NCBI GenBank assembly: GCA_002724555.1
Contig: PBOZ01000039.1
Coordinates: 16,229 to 80,228, forward strand
Reading direction: 5' to 3'
Source: Rickettsiales bacterium
GTDB taxonomy: Bacteria; Pseudomonadota; Alphaproteobacteria; UBA8366
Length of the DNA stretch: 64,000 nucleotides
The notes under the pieces are model-generated. The model searched no databases and had not been told where the DNA came from. It was given only the letters and a program-made list of their open reading frames with translations. The position numbers and the translations under genes are program-made. Within the stretch, counting starts at the first letter, position 1; the number at the start of each line of letters is the position of its first letter. Positions 18,207-28,160 of this stretch are shown piece after piece.

Positions 18207-19586
18207 ATGTCGAAATTGAGTTTTTCCGAACAATTATCGGCATGGGCCAGCAAACTCAAGTTCGGCGACTTACCGGACGAAGTTGTCTCCGATGCAAGTT
18301 TACGCGTGCTAGATATACTCGGCACGACCCTGGCAGCAAGCTCGTTCGAAAACAGCAATAGTGTCCGAGACGGCGCACTGCGGACTGGCGCCGGCGACGA
18401 CGCACGCATCCTGGGATATGGTAATCGGGCCAGCATGGCTGGCGCTGCTTTGGCCAATGGCGCAATGGCCCACGCACTCGATTATGACGACACGCATTTC
18501 GGCTCTGTGGTCCATATCTCTGCGCCCACTGTCACAACAGCAATGACCTTGGGCGAGGCCCTGGGAGCAACAGGCAAACAAGTTATCACGGCTATAGTCG
18601 CTGGTGCGGAGGTTGGGTGCAGGATCGGCAGCGTCGCACCCAAAGCATTTCATCAGCAGGGTTTCCACGCCACCGCTGTCGTTGGGACCTTTGGCGCTGC
18701 GGTGACGGCCGCAAAGTTACTGAGCCTCGATGCCAACAAGACAGCCAACGCTCTGGGAATTGCAGGAAGCCAATCATCGGGTATTATGCAGTGTTTTAAC
18801 GATGGCACCTGGACCAAGCAGTTACACGTCGGTTGGTCAGCGCATTCGGCTATCATCGCGGCCCATCTCGCTGATTGCGGGTTTACGGGGCCGAGCCAGG
18901 TCCTGGAAGGCATTCAGGGTTTCTACACAACACATGCTAAGCCTGGGAGACAATTCCCTGAACGTTTAATGGACGAACTAGGCAACCGTTGGGAGTATCC
19001 CAACACATCTTTCAAGCCATACCCTTGTGGCCATGTGGTGCACGGTCACCTCGACTGCATTTCTCAGCTTTACGAAGATGGGCTCCGCGCCGAACAGGTG
19101 AAATCGATAACTTGCCCGATTGCCGAATGGATGATCCCCGTGATGTGCGAGCCCCGACAAGTGAAACTTCGCCCAGCGACAGACTATCACGCCAAATTTA
19201 GCTTTCCCTTTACGCTGGCGGCGATGCTTACCTTCGGTCGTTTAGATGTAAAGGCTTTTAGTGACGAAAACATCAATAGTCCCAGTTTGTTGGCGTTAAC
19301 GGAAAAAATTACCCACGTGCCCGATCCAACTGCAAACGACCCAACCCGTTTCAAAGGGTGGGTACAAGTCGAGACAACCGACGGGCGCAAACTCGAATGC
19401 ATCATCAACGACAATTGGGGCAGTGTTTACAATCCGATGACCCCGAATCAGGTGAAGCAAAAATTTGTGGATAATGCAGGACTTGTGCTCACAACTAATA
19501 AGGTGAATAGAGTTGTTAACAACGTTCAGTCGCTGAAATTAATCGAAGATGTCACCACCATCGTGACGGATTGTATCGCAGCCTAG
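18207..19586 (+). CDS. MmgE/PrpD family protein (2-methylcitrate-dehydratase-like)
   Basis: 459 aa with typical PrpD-family blocks (ALANGAMAHALDYDDTH, GFHATAVVGTFGAA). Confidence 0.88.
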   Translation: MSKLSFSEQLSAWASKLKFGDLPDEVVSDASLRVLDILGTTLAASSFENSNSVRDGALRTGAGDDARILGYGNRASMAGAALANGAMAHALDYDDTHFGSVVHISAPTVTTAMTLGEALGATGKQVITAIVAGAEVGCRIGSVAPKAFHQQGFHATAVVGTFGAAVTAAKLLSLDANKTANALGIAGSQSSGIMQCFNDGTWTKQLHVGWSAHSAIIAAHLADCGFTGPSQVLEGIQGFYTTHAKPGRQFPERLMDELGNRWEYPNTSFKPYPCGHVVHGHLDCISQLYEDGLRAEQVKSITCPIAEWMIPVMCEPRQVKLRPATDYHAKFSFPFTLAAMLTFGRLDVKAFSDENINSPSLLALTEKITHVPDPTANDPTRFKGWVQVETTDGRKLECIINDNWGSVYNPMTPNQVKQKFVDNAGLVLTTNKVNRVVNNVQSLKLIEDVTTIVTDCIAA

Positions 19587-19601
19587 TAGGAGAAATTTTT
19601 G

Positions 19602-20591
19602 ATGCAGACAAGAACCTTCGGCCGGACTGCACTTGAATTGTCACTCCTCACTTTCGGTTGCGGTGCCGTTGGCGGCCTCATGACCAAGGGCGCGTCAAGC
19701 GATCAGGACCGGGCCGTCGCTTGGGCGCGCGATAATGGAATCAACCATTTCGACACCGCGCCAAGTTATGGCAATACGGCATCGGAAACCAACCTAGGCC
19801 GTGCACTTGGCCCTAACCGAGATAACATTTTTATCAGTACAAAGGTTGGCGTCACCGAGGAGTATCAAAGCAATCTCGCGGGCGCTATCCGGACCTCTCT
19901 GGAGGCAAGTCTCATGCGGCTGGCACAGGACCATGTCGATATCTTCCAGCTACACAATACTTTGGAGGACCCGAGCGACCAACGCGGCAACCTCTCCGCG
20001 GATAAGGTGCTCGAAGAGATTGTCCCAACCTTCGAGAAGCTTCGCGATGAAGGTAAGACCCGCTATATTGGCTTCACAGCGAAGGGGTCGACGGAAGCGC
20101 TACACCGGCTCATGCGCTCAAACAAGTTCGACAGTGCGCAAATTTTCTACAATTTGGTCGTGCCGTCTGCTGGCCGGACGGTCCCGAATGGCTACCCGGG
20201 GCAGGACTACGAGAAACTCTTGACCACCGCGCACCAAAAGGGTGTCGGTTCAATCGCCGTGCGGGTACTTGCAGGTGGCGCATTATCGGCAAGCGAGGTG
20301 CGCCACCCACTTGGTAATCAGAATGTCACACCGATTGGTTCTGGCCGAACCTATGCGGAGGATATAGCAAGAGCACTCAAGTTTCAGCCACTTATCGATG
20401 CCGGTCATGCCAAAAACTTGCCAGAACTAGCCATCCGCTATGGGGTCTCAAACTCAAACCTATCCACGCTGGAAATCGGCATTGCAACCATCGAGGAGTT
20501 GCAAAATGCCGCGGTAGCAGTGAACAAAGGCCCGCTTTCGGAGGAGGCCCTTACTCAAATCTTTAAGATACAAGACGGCTTTGCATCTTAG
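19602..20591 (+). CDS. Aldo/keto reductase
   Basis: GCGAVGG...GINHFDTAPSYG...ISTKVG is typical of the AKR family. ATG 19602 follows an AGGAG RBS. The track start is the TTG at 19599. Confidence 0.88.
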   Translation: MQTRTFGRTALELSLLTFGCGAVGGLMTKGASSDQDRAVAWARDNGINHFDTAPSYGNTASETNLGRALGPNRDNIFISTKVGVTEEYQSNLAGAIRTSLEASLMRLAQDHVDIFQLHNTLEDPSDQRGNLSADKVLEEIVPTFEKLRDEGKTRYIGFTAKGSTEALHRLMRSNKFDSAQIFYNLVVPSAGRTVPNGYPGQDYEKLLTTAHQKGVGSIAVRVLAGGALSASEVRHPLGNQNVTPIGSGRTYAEDIARALKFQPLIDAGHAKNLPELAIRYGVSNSNLSTLEIGIATIEELQNAAVAVNKGPLSEEALTQIFKIQDGFAS

Positions 20592-20783
20592 TTACAAATT
20601 GAAATTAAATTTGAAGATGCAGTAATCCACCTTGAAAATCCGACGTCCGAAAATAGAAATCAAAATCATAACATTGCACGCGTTGCTGGCAGTGGACTGG
20701 ACCGAGAAGCCAAACGAACAGCTGTGAAATCCCATACACAGAGCTTTTAGAGCCTGCCGTTTGCCGCTGCCCCAACGCTCCCC

Positions 20784-22019
20784 TCAATTCCCAACAGCAC
20801 CTAACGCTTTCAATTCCCCGACCGCCGCATCATTGAGGCCGAGCCATTCCCCGATGACTTCCTCGGTATGCTCGCCTAGCATCGGCGAGGATTTAATCCG
20901 CACCGCTTTACCATCAACCAGAACCGGCCAGCCAGGCATTTTGAAGGGTTCATGCACGGGGTGAGTCATCGTCTGCATCACACCACGTCGCTCAAAGGTT
21001 TCATCTGCATAAAGCTCGGCGGTATCCATAACAGCTCCGGCCGGAATGCCTGCTTCACCAACGATTCTCATTGCCTCAAATTTTGTCTGTGTTTTGGTCC
21101 ATGTCGCTATTATCTCGTCGACTTCCTGCTCATGCTGGAGGCGCTTCGCCGGCGTGTTATATTTCTCTTCTCCGATCAGATCTTCGCGCCCCACTACTTT
21201 CAGCAATCGATCCCAGTGTTCTGGATTAGCTCGGCTAGTCATGATGTATATGTAATCATTCGGGCCACCCGGACCGCAGGCGTAAAGCCCCATCGGGGCG
21301 TTCTCGATACCCGGCACCTTACCACCACCCCGCTCCGCGGGCTTCTGGGTGAGACCCATAGTCGAAAACGGAATGCGCATGTAATGTAGGATTGCATCCT
21401 GCATTGCTACCTCGAGCTTATGCCCTTTCCCCGTCTCTCGCTTTTTATAAAGAGCTCCTAGAACGGTGATCGCCAACAACATTCCCGTCCCCGTATCACC
21501 AAGAGAGATACCTGGGCGGGTCGGAGGCCCGTCGGGATCCCCGGTCACACTGAAGGTACCTCCGCACGCCTGTGCAATCATGTCAAAGGCAAGGTTTTTT
21601 TCAAATGGACTACCCTCTCCAAAGCCTTTGACTTGGGCATAGATTATACCAGGATTAATCCTCCTCACTTCGTCATAACCAAGCCCAAGACGCTCAATGG
21701 CGCCCGGAGCAAAGTTCTCGACCATCACATCCGCTTCACGAAGCAAATCGCGAACTAGCCCAAGTCCTTCTGACGATTTCAGGTTAGCTGTCATCGAACG
21801 TTTATTTGCATTTAAAATGTGAAAATAGAACGGGTCATCATCTGGATGATTCGGTTTCAGGCGGCGGCCCGGATCACCTCGGTTTGGGTTCTCCACCTTC
21901 ACCACGTCGGCGCCCATCCAGGCAAGCGCTTCAGTGCAGGTCGGTCCTGCTTCGAACTGCGTGAAGTCAATAATTTTAACGCCTTGCAGAAAATTAAAGT
22001 CGGTCAGTTGATCAGACAT
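20784..22019 (-). CDS. Family III CoA-transferase (CaiB/BaiF; formyl-CoA-transferase-like)
   Basis: LQGVKIIDFTQFEAGPTCTEALAWMGADVVKVE and C-terminal SPMLGEHTEEV. The ATG at 22019 with an AAGGTG RBS is preferred. Confidence 0.9.
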   Translation of the reverse strand: MSDQLTDFNFLQGVKIIDFTQFEAGPTCTEALAWMGADVVKVENPNRGDPGRRLKPNHPDDDPFYFHILNANKRSMTANLKSSEGLGLVRDLLREADVMVENFAPGAIERLGLGYDEVRRINPGIIYAQVKGFGEGSPFEKNLAFDMIAQACGGTFSVTGDPDGPPTRPGISLGDTGTGMLLAITVLGALYKKRETGKGHKLEVAMQDAILHYMRIPFSTMGLTQKPAERGGGKVPGIENAPMGLYACGPGGPNDYIYIMTSRANPEHWDRLLKVVGREDLIGEEKYNTPAKRLQHEQEVDEIIATWTKTQTKFEAMRIVGEAGIPAGAVMDTAELYADETFERRGVMQTMTHPVHEPFKMPGWPVLVDGKAVRIKSSPMLGEHTEEVIGEWLGLNDAAVGELKALGAVGN

Positions 22020-22081
22020 GGCAGCACCTTTAATAAGCCGAGATGCCAATAAGGATAAACCGCGTGCCGATTCCGCAAAGT

Positions 22082-22954
22082 CTATCCAATTAACCTAGGG
22101 ATCAATTCGTTCACCGCGTCTGCCGCTTCGTACTGGGCCCAGTGACCGGTGTCAGGTAAAATATGAAAAGCAACACTAGGATGCACATCTTCAACATAAG
22201 CGCGCACGCTCGCCAAATCGGGATCGAGCGTCACGTCGGCGTCCCCAAAAATGCAATTAAGCTGGCAAGGCAGGTCGCGAAGACTTTCAGCCAAGACCAT
22301 CGAACGCGCTATTCCCCTCGATCGCAGCCGCGCCTTGGACATATTCTCCAATTGAATAGTCAACGCCAAATCGTCAGCTGCATCCGGATCACAAACCATT
22401 AATTTCTGCAAATTTAAACGGTGGAGCGGCGCAGCTTCCTGGACCGGCAGATCGGGCCGCACGGCGATCAAGTCATTTGCCGGTCCCGTTCCTGTCAAAC
22501 CGAGCACAGGCGAGCCAATCAGCGTCAGACTGCGGATACGCCTAGCTTGCTTGTGAGCGATTAGCCCCGAAATCACTCCACCGAACGAAAAAGTAACCAA
22601 ATCAAAAGGTTGATCTCCGGGCACGGCACCATCGATCCCGATCGATACGATCGTAGCCAGGTCTTCTGCATCATAGGGACGCGGCAACGAGTCGGAGTCA
22701 CCGCAACCTGGCAGGTCTGCGACGACCAATTGGTAGTCCCTCTCCCATACTGGAATATTCCGAACCCAATGATTCCAAGCGCCAAACCCTCCATGCAAAA
22801 GTACGAGTGGTCGACGATCTGCCACCTCAGCTCCCCAAATACGCCAAACCATATCGGCCACACCACAAGGCGTTCGAATTTCATTACTGCGTTTTAACAA
22901 TGTGTCCAAAAGCGTTCGAGATGCCAAATCAATCATGGATGTTTCGAATGACAT
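22082..22954 (-). CDS. Alpha/beta hydrolase
   Basis: LVLLHGGFGAWNHW...DLPGCGDS and nucleophile-elbow-like TFSFGG. The start overlaps the upstream stop by 1 nt (TAATG). Confidence 0.8.
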   Translation of the reverse strand: MSFETSMIDLASRTLLDTLLKRSNEIRTPCGVADMVWRIWGAEVADRRPLVLLHGGFGAWNHWVRNIPVWERDYQLVVADLPGCGDSDSLPRPYDAEDLATIVSIGIDGAVPGDQPFDLVTFSFGGVISGLIAHKQARRIRSLTLIGSPVLGLTGTGPANDLIAVRPDLPVQEAAPLHRLNLQKLMVCDPDAADDLALTIQLENMSKARLRSRGIARSMVLAESLRDLPCQLNCIFGDADVTLDPDLASVRAYVEDVHPSVAFHILPDTGHWAQYEAADAVNELIPRLIG

Positions 22955-23802
22955 TAATAGGGCTTATCGCCGACAACGGTCGTACGGTGCATATGCCGGT
23001 TTGTACCCGGCGGCGGTGGCTCTGCAATATGCATACAGCACCGGTTATCCCAGAACACGAGATCGTGCAAACACCATTTATGTCGGTACACGAATTGAGG
23101 CTCGATACTGTATTCCGTCAATTCGGCTAGCAAAGCGTCTGCTTCGGCTTTTCCTAATCCAAGGATGCGAACCGTATGCGCCGGGTTGATGTAGAGCGCC
23201 TTTCGCTTTGTCTCCGGATGCGTGCGGACGATCGGATGTTCGACGGGCGGCACCAAGGCTAATTGTTCTTTTGTCAGAGGCGGGCGTTCCTCCTCAGTAT
23301 AATACTTACGCGCACTTCCGATCAGGAATTCAGCCTTTAAGCCATCAATCTTTGCCTTTGTCGCCGCCGCCAATGTTTCGTACGCACGATACATATTATT
23401 AAATAAGGTATCGCCGCCATGCGGCGGAATTTCCAGAGCGTAAAGCAAAGAGCCTAAGCTCGGCCTCTGCGCATAAGACAAATCGGAATGCCAACGGCGA
23501 CCGGCAGAAGCCAAGCCGGCGAAACCGCCGTCCGCCGTCTTCTTGTTCGAAACCTTCAAAATATCTGGATAGCCAGGTAGCAAAAACTGTCCGTAAACAT
23601 GACCCGATAGATCACCAAAACGTCGGCTGAACGCTATATGCTGTTCTGGCGTAAGATGCTGGTCTCGGAAAACCAAGACTTGAAAGTCAAGATGGGCCTG
23701 ATGCACTTGCGCAAAGGTAGCGTGATCAAGCGGCTCCGCCAGATCCAAACCAACAATCTCTGCACCAAGCGCCTCGGATAGAGGTTTAACTTGAAAGCCC
23801 AT
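22954..23802 (-). CDS. TauD/TfdA-family Fe(II)/2-oxoglutarate dioxygenase
   Basis: WHSDLSY (HxD) and WDNRCCMH motifs in a 282-aa product. GAGG RBS lies upstream. Confidence 0.88.
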   Translation of the reverse strand: MGFQVKPLSEALGAEIVGLDLAEPLDHATFAQVHQAHLDFQVLVFRDQHLTPEQHIAFSRRFGDLSGHVYGQFLLPGYPDILKVSNKKTADGGFAGLASAGRRWHSDLSYAQRPSLGSLLYALEIPPHGGDTLFNNMYRAYETLAAATKAKIDGLKAEFLIGSARKYYTEEERPPLTKEQLALVPPVEHPIVRTHPETKRKALYINPAHTVRILGLGKAEADALLAELTEYSIEPQFVYRHKWCLHDLVFWDNRCCMHIAEPPPPGTNRHMHRTTVVGDKPY

Positions 23803-24477
23803 ATCAACCTCGCTTTTCTGCGAAACGCTTGAAATGCAGGAAATGTTTCAACTTGAACCCACGTTCGCACACGTATTTAAAATTCACGTAATAGAATGGC
23901 ATTTTCGATCTATATGGCCCGGCTTGAATGCTTGTATACTGATTGGCTGATAAAAAACACGACCGACATTCTCCATCTACAGCTTCTCAATTATTCGATT
24001 TCCTTTCGCCACAACTTTCTGCAAATTGATGCTTATCTCACCCTCTTTTGGATGCTTATTGTTCCTCGTGACTTGCCCCCGACCAATATTCGTTCAAATT
24101 CGAAATCGAATTCTCGGTACCTATCCGTTCTTCACTTAACACGAGCTTTCGGCAGGCGGGTGGCAACATCGGCAACATTACGTTAAAGAGTTTGTCCTCG
24201 GACGACACCATCTATCGCCAGCGATATCTTTGCCATATAAATTGTGCGTACCAAAAACGAAACTAGCTATAGAAATGAATTATAACATTTGGATACCCAG
24301 CGTATTAAATAATGTAAGCATTGCTCGGCATGAAAATATGCAAACCTTCGACAGTGTAAAAGAGCTCGATTGCGACCTAAAATACACACGATATGTCTAA
24401 AGGGTGTAAAATATTCATGTCTAGTTCGACATTACTGAATAAAACCTTAAGACTACAGCTACACTGGTTTCTAGGAT

Positions 24478-26019
24478 ATGACTGACTTTACATTGGCCGT
24501 TGACAGCCTGCGTGCGCACGATACGTCTGTCGGGTGGACTGAACGTATTCGTCGCCGAAGCCATTTCGGCTTCGCGTTGATGCGAACTCAAATCAATTTG
24601 TATTATTTTTGGGAAAAGCGCTGGTTTTTCATAGCACTTGGAATCGGCGCTGTTTTGCTTTCAATGCCGCAGCCTGAAGAACTTAGCCGGGAAGGCATGG
24701 TAGTGCTCACCATGTCTATAGTGGCTATAATTTTGTTTATCACCGAGCCAGTTCCGCTCCCAACGGTGGCACTGTTGATCATTGTGGGCCAAGTCATCTT
24801 ATTGGAATTGGAGTCGACCGTCGTGGCAAAGAGTTTGATGACAGACTCCGTGCTTTTCATAATGGGATCGCTGATGCTGGCGGTCGCGGTTGTTAAACAA
24901 CAGCTCGACAAACGCATCGCCTATGCAATCGTTCGCATAACCGGTACCCGAACTATTAACGTTTGTTTCGGTATTTCGGTGGTCTCGGGCCTTCTCGCCT
25001 CGTTCATCGGCGAACATACTGTAGCAGCAATGATGCTGCCGGTCGGGATTACCTTAATCCAATTAACGTCGGACAATCCCAAAAAAGTCCGTGGCCTAGC
25101 CGCTGTTTTATTGTTTTCAATTGCTTATGGCTGTTCTGTAGCCGGAATCGGCACCCCTTCTGGTGGGGCCCGCAATGCCATTATGATCGGTTATTGGAAG
25201 GAGTTCTTTTTCGACCCGACCAACCCCGAAACGAGCCGCTTTCTTGTCGATTATGTGACTTGGATGGTCTACGCTTACCCGATATTTTTGCTGCAATTAC
25301 CTCTCGTTACTATGGTCCTGCTATTCACATTCCGGCCCGAGTATCGTGATCTCTCCCGCGCCGTGGTTAAGCTACGCAATCAAGTGGCTCTGCAGGGACC
25401 AATGCGGTCCGGGGATTGGGTCTCGATTATCTTTTTCGGATTGATTTTGTTTGGCTGGATTTCTCAGTCTGGTGAATACGGCATGGGCACTATCGCCATA
25501 GTCGGTGCCTGCCTGTTCTTAATCGCCGGATTAGTCCAATGGGAGGATGTCAATTCGGGAGTTAATTGGGGTGTAATTCTTCTGTACGCAGCAGCTATAT
25601 CGCTCGGCGTACAAATGAAGGATACAGGTGCTGCAACGTGGCTGGCAGAGAACTTCCTCGCCTTCTTAGTGCCGTTTGGAGCAGAAGACGGAGTTGGCCT
25701 CTGGGCCGCAATTTCAATTTTGACAACCGCAGTCACCAATACAATGTCGAATGGTGCCGCTGTCGCCGTGTTGGGACCGTTCGTCCTCAAAGTCGCGGTA
25801 GCCGCTGGGGAAAGTCCAATCGTCCTCGGCTTTGTGACCGCCATTTCGTCCGCTTTCGCCTATCTTACCGTGGTTGGGACGCCAGCCTGCACCATTGTTT
25901 ACGCTTCGGGCTATCTTAAAGCACGCGATTTCCTCAAAGTCGGTTTACGAATGGCCATAATCTCAACATTAGTCATTCTTCTGGCAGCTTTGGTGTATTG
26001 GCCGTTGGTCGGCGTTTAG
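24478..26019 (+). CDS. SLC13/DASS-family anion:Na+ symporter-type permease
   Basis: 513 aa and highly hydrophobic, with DASS-like hairpin motifs (GTPSGGARN, VGTPACTIVY). Confidence 0.82.
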   Translation: MTDFTLAVDSLRAHDTSVGWTERIRRRSHFGFALMRTQINLYYFWEKRWFFIALGIGAVLLSMPQPEELSREGMVVLTMSIVAIILFITEPVPLPTVALLIIVGQVILLELESTVVAKSLMTDSVLFIMGSLMLAVAVVKQQLDKRIAYAIVRITGTRTINVCFGISVVSGLLASFIGEHTVAAMMLPVGITLIQLTSDNPKKVRGLAAVLLFSIAYGCSVAGIGTPSGGARNAIMIGYWKEFFFDPTNPETSRFLVDYVTWMVYAYPIFLLQLPLVTMVLLFTFRPEYRDLSRAVVKLRNQVALQGPMRSGDWVSIIFFGLILFGWISQSGEYGMGTIAIVGACLFLIAGLVQWEDVNSGVNWGVILLYAAAISLGVQMKDTGAATWLAENFLAFLVPFGAEDGVGLWAAISILTTAVTNTMSNGAAVAVLGPFVLKVAVAAGESPIVLGFVTAISSAFAYLTVVGTPACTIVYASGYLKARDFLKVGLRMAIISTLVILLAALVYWPLVGV

Positions 26020-26032
26020 AAGGTCAGGGCGA

Positions 26033-27037
26033 ATGAAATTATTCCCGGATGTCGATAGTGGGTTTTATGCAGAGGCCAAACGCGAACTTGCTGCAATCCA
26101 AGCCGAGCGCCGTAAGCGGTTCCGCATCTTAGTTTGTTTAGATGGTACGGAAGATGCCTACCAAGGCGTCAAAATCGCCAAAGAGATCGGGCACGGTGAT
26201 GATTGCGATATCATCTTACTCTACGTTCGGACCATTGATCAGGGATTGAGGTCGGGCGGATTGCAGATGCGCGTTGCCCGTCAGAACATGCTAGAGTGGG
26301 AACTTGACCTACCGGGTATCCAATACCTGAAGCTTGGCCGAAATATGTTGATCGACGCTGTTGAGCAGCGTGACGAATGGCAGACTATATCTAGCCATAA
26401 AGCGATCCGGGGCGATCCGCTCGGAGACAATAAAATAGAGTATCGGCACAAGTCCGGCAAAAGCATTGTCTTAAAATTGAAGACCGCGCCAGATATAGCA
26501 AGCGGTATTCTAGATCAATACGAGCTCGGCCCCTATAACTTGATGATCATCGGCAAGCCGAGCCGTTGGCGGGGACAAATTAAGTCACTTTTTCGGATGA
26601 GCGTTGTGCAACGCGTCTCTATGATGTCCCCCTGTTCGGTTTTGATCGCGCGCGACACACCCGGACGGGACGGTTATCTGATTTGTCACGATGGCTCGGA
26701 ACACAGCATGGACGCAGTTCAGCGAACCGCAATTCTCGCTCAACATTGCAGTAAAAAAATTACTTTGATGGGTGTAGCCAGGGTTGAAGAGGATAGAGGT
26801 TTGGTCACGACACATCTTGAAAGGGCCTGCGCACATTTGGACCGCTTGGGTATCCCAGTCGAAGAGCCAATCTGCAATGTCGGTGATCCGGTTCAACGTA
26901 TTCTTGAGATGGGCAAACACTTTGAACTGACCACTGTATCCGAATATGGAATTTCACGCGTCCGGCGTCTTTTCGGCGGTAGCGTTGCTTTTGAAGTGCT
27001 CGGTTCCGCCACAAGTTCCGTACTCGACGTCAAATAA
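26033..27037 (+). CDS. Tandem universal-stress-protein (UspA) domain protein
   Basis: Two Usp-like halves (RILVCLDGTEDA... and GYLICHDGSEHS...GGSVAFEVLGSATSSVLDV). It lies 13 nt after the transporter gene. Confidence 0.7.
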   Translation: MKLFPDVDSGFYAEAKRELAAIQAERRKRFRILVCLDGTEDAYQGVKIAKEIGHGDDCDIILLYVRTIDQGLRSGGLQMRVARQNMLEWELDLPGIQYLKLGRNMLIDAVEQRDEWQTISSHKAIRGDPLGDNKIEYRHKSGKSIVLKLKTAPDIASGILDQYELGPYNLMIIGKPSRWRGQIKSLFRMSVVQRVSMMSPCSVLIARDTPGRDGYLICHDGSEHSMDAVQRTAILAQHCSKKITLMGVARVEEDRGLVTTHLERACAHLDRLGIPVEEPICNVGDPVQRILEMGKHFELTTVSEYGISRVRRLFGGSVAFEVLGSATSSVLDVK

Positions 27038-27071
27038 AGAAACCCACAACATAAAAAGAGATAATAATAAA

Positions 27072-27146
27072 TGGCTGGGGCGGCAGGATTCGAACCTGCG
27101 AATGCCGATACCAAAAACCGGTGCCTTACCACTTGGCCACGCCCCA
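27072..27146 (-). tRNA. tRNA-Gln (anticodon UUG)
   Basis: The reverse complement TGGGGCGTGGCCAAGTGGTAAGGCACCGGTTTTTGGTATCGGCATTCGCAGGTTCGAATCCTGCCGCCCCAGCCA folds by hand into a cloverleaf. The anticodon loop is TTTTGGT, a GGTTCGAATCC T-arm is present, and CCA is encoded. Confidence 0.93.
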
Positions 27147-27269
27147 TCACGATGCGGAACATAAGACCGGCAACGCCGTCCCGCAAGAGTAAGGTGCTCG
27201 ATACAGCGTAAATCGATATTACCAAGAAGAAAAAGTCATTTGCCGTCTCTATTCAGCAAGACGCTACAT

Positions 27270-28160
27270 TTACAGCGTGCCCCGCGCATTACTGCTCCGG
27301 AAGCGACTAGGTCGAACCCACCAACCTTCAGTCTTAATCGTTCCAGCCGCGGTAATCGCCGCATCGGGATTATCAAATATCCCAAAGCATGTAGCACCAC
27401 TGCCGGAGAGGCGCGCTAATCGGCACCCCGGTGCCTCTTTTAACGCAGTCAATACTTCACGGATGACCGGCGCCAATCGCAACGCGGGTTCTGTCAAATC
27501 GTTCGAACGGTTCTCTAGTATTGTTACCAAGTCATCGAGATTTCGCGGCACTTTTATCATTGGCGATGCCGGTGTAAACCCACCTCGACGGGCATGGAAC
27601 ACCGAAGGCGTCGCAAGAGTGACGCCTGGGTTCACGAGCACCAATCCGGCATTGGGCAGTATTGGTCCAGCTTCAAGACGCTCGCCCACCCCACTAACAT
27701 GCACTGTATCACTAACCAAGCAGGCTGGAATATCGGTGCCCAGCCCAAAGCCAACCTCTCTTAAATCAACTTTATCGGTGTCAATATTCCAAAATTTTGC
27801 TAGACCTCGAAGCGTAGCAGCCGCATCGGCAGAACCGCTGCCAAGGCCAGCCGCTACCGGGAGGTGCTTTTGCAGTTTAATATGTACCTTAGGCTCTAAC
27901 CCCGCCACCTTACCGAGCGCCCGTGCGGCACGAAGGACAAGATTGTCTTCGCCATTCGAAAGGCCGGGGGCGAAGGTCCCTGTGATCTCAAGCCCTAATT
28001 CCTCAGCTGGCGTAAGTGTCAAAGTGTCGAATTCATCCATAAAACCGATTAAAGATTCCAACTCGTGAAACCCATTTGCCCGGCGGCCCACAACATGCAG
28101 GTAAAGGTTAATCTTAGCCGGAGCTTCCAGAAATATCGGACCACTTGCAGGCATATTCAT
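27270..28160 (-). CDS. ispE: 4-diphosphocytidyl-2-C-methyl-D-erythritol kinase
   Basis: APAKINLYLHVVGRR and GHMP-kinase motif PVAAGLGSGSADAAA. ATGA overlap with the upstream gene. Confidence 0.9.
   Translation of the reverse strand: MNMPASGPIFLEAPAKINLYLHVVGRRANGFHELESLIGFMDEFDTLTLTPAEELGLEITGTFAPGLSNGEDNLVLRAARALGKVAGLEPKVHIKLQKHLPVAAGLGSGSADAAATLRGLAKFWNIDTDKVDLREVGFGLGTDIPACLVSDTVHVSGVGERLEAGPILPNAGLVLVNPGVTLATPSVFHARRGGFTPASPMIKVPRNLDDLVTILENRSNDLTEPALRLAPVIREVLTALKEAPGCRLARLSGSGATCFGIFDNPDAAITAAGTIKTEGWWVRPSRFRSSNARGTL

Noticed and set aside
27277-28068. 263-aa plus-strand ORF overlapping ispE.
   Set aside because: It is antisense to ispE, which carries clear GHMP-kinase motifs. The product is Arg/Ser/Pro-rich and low in complexity, so it is probably spurious.
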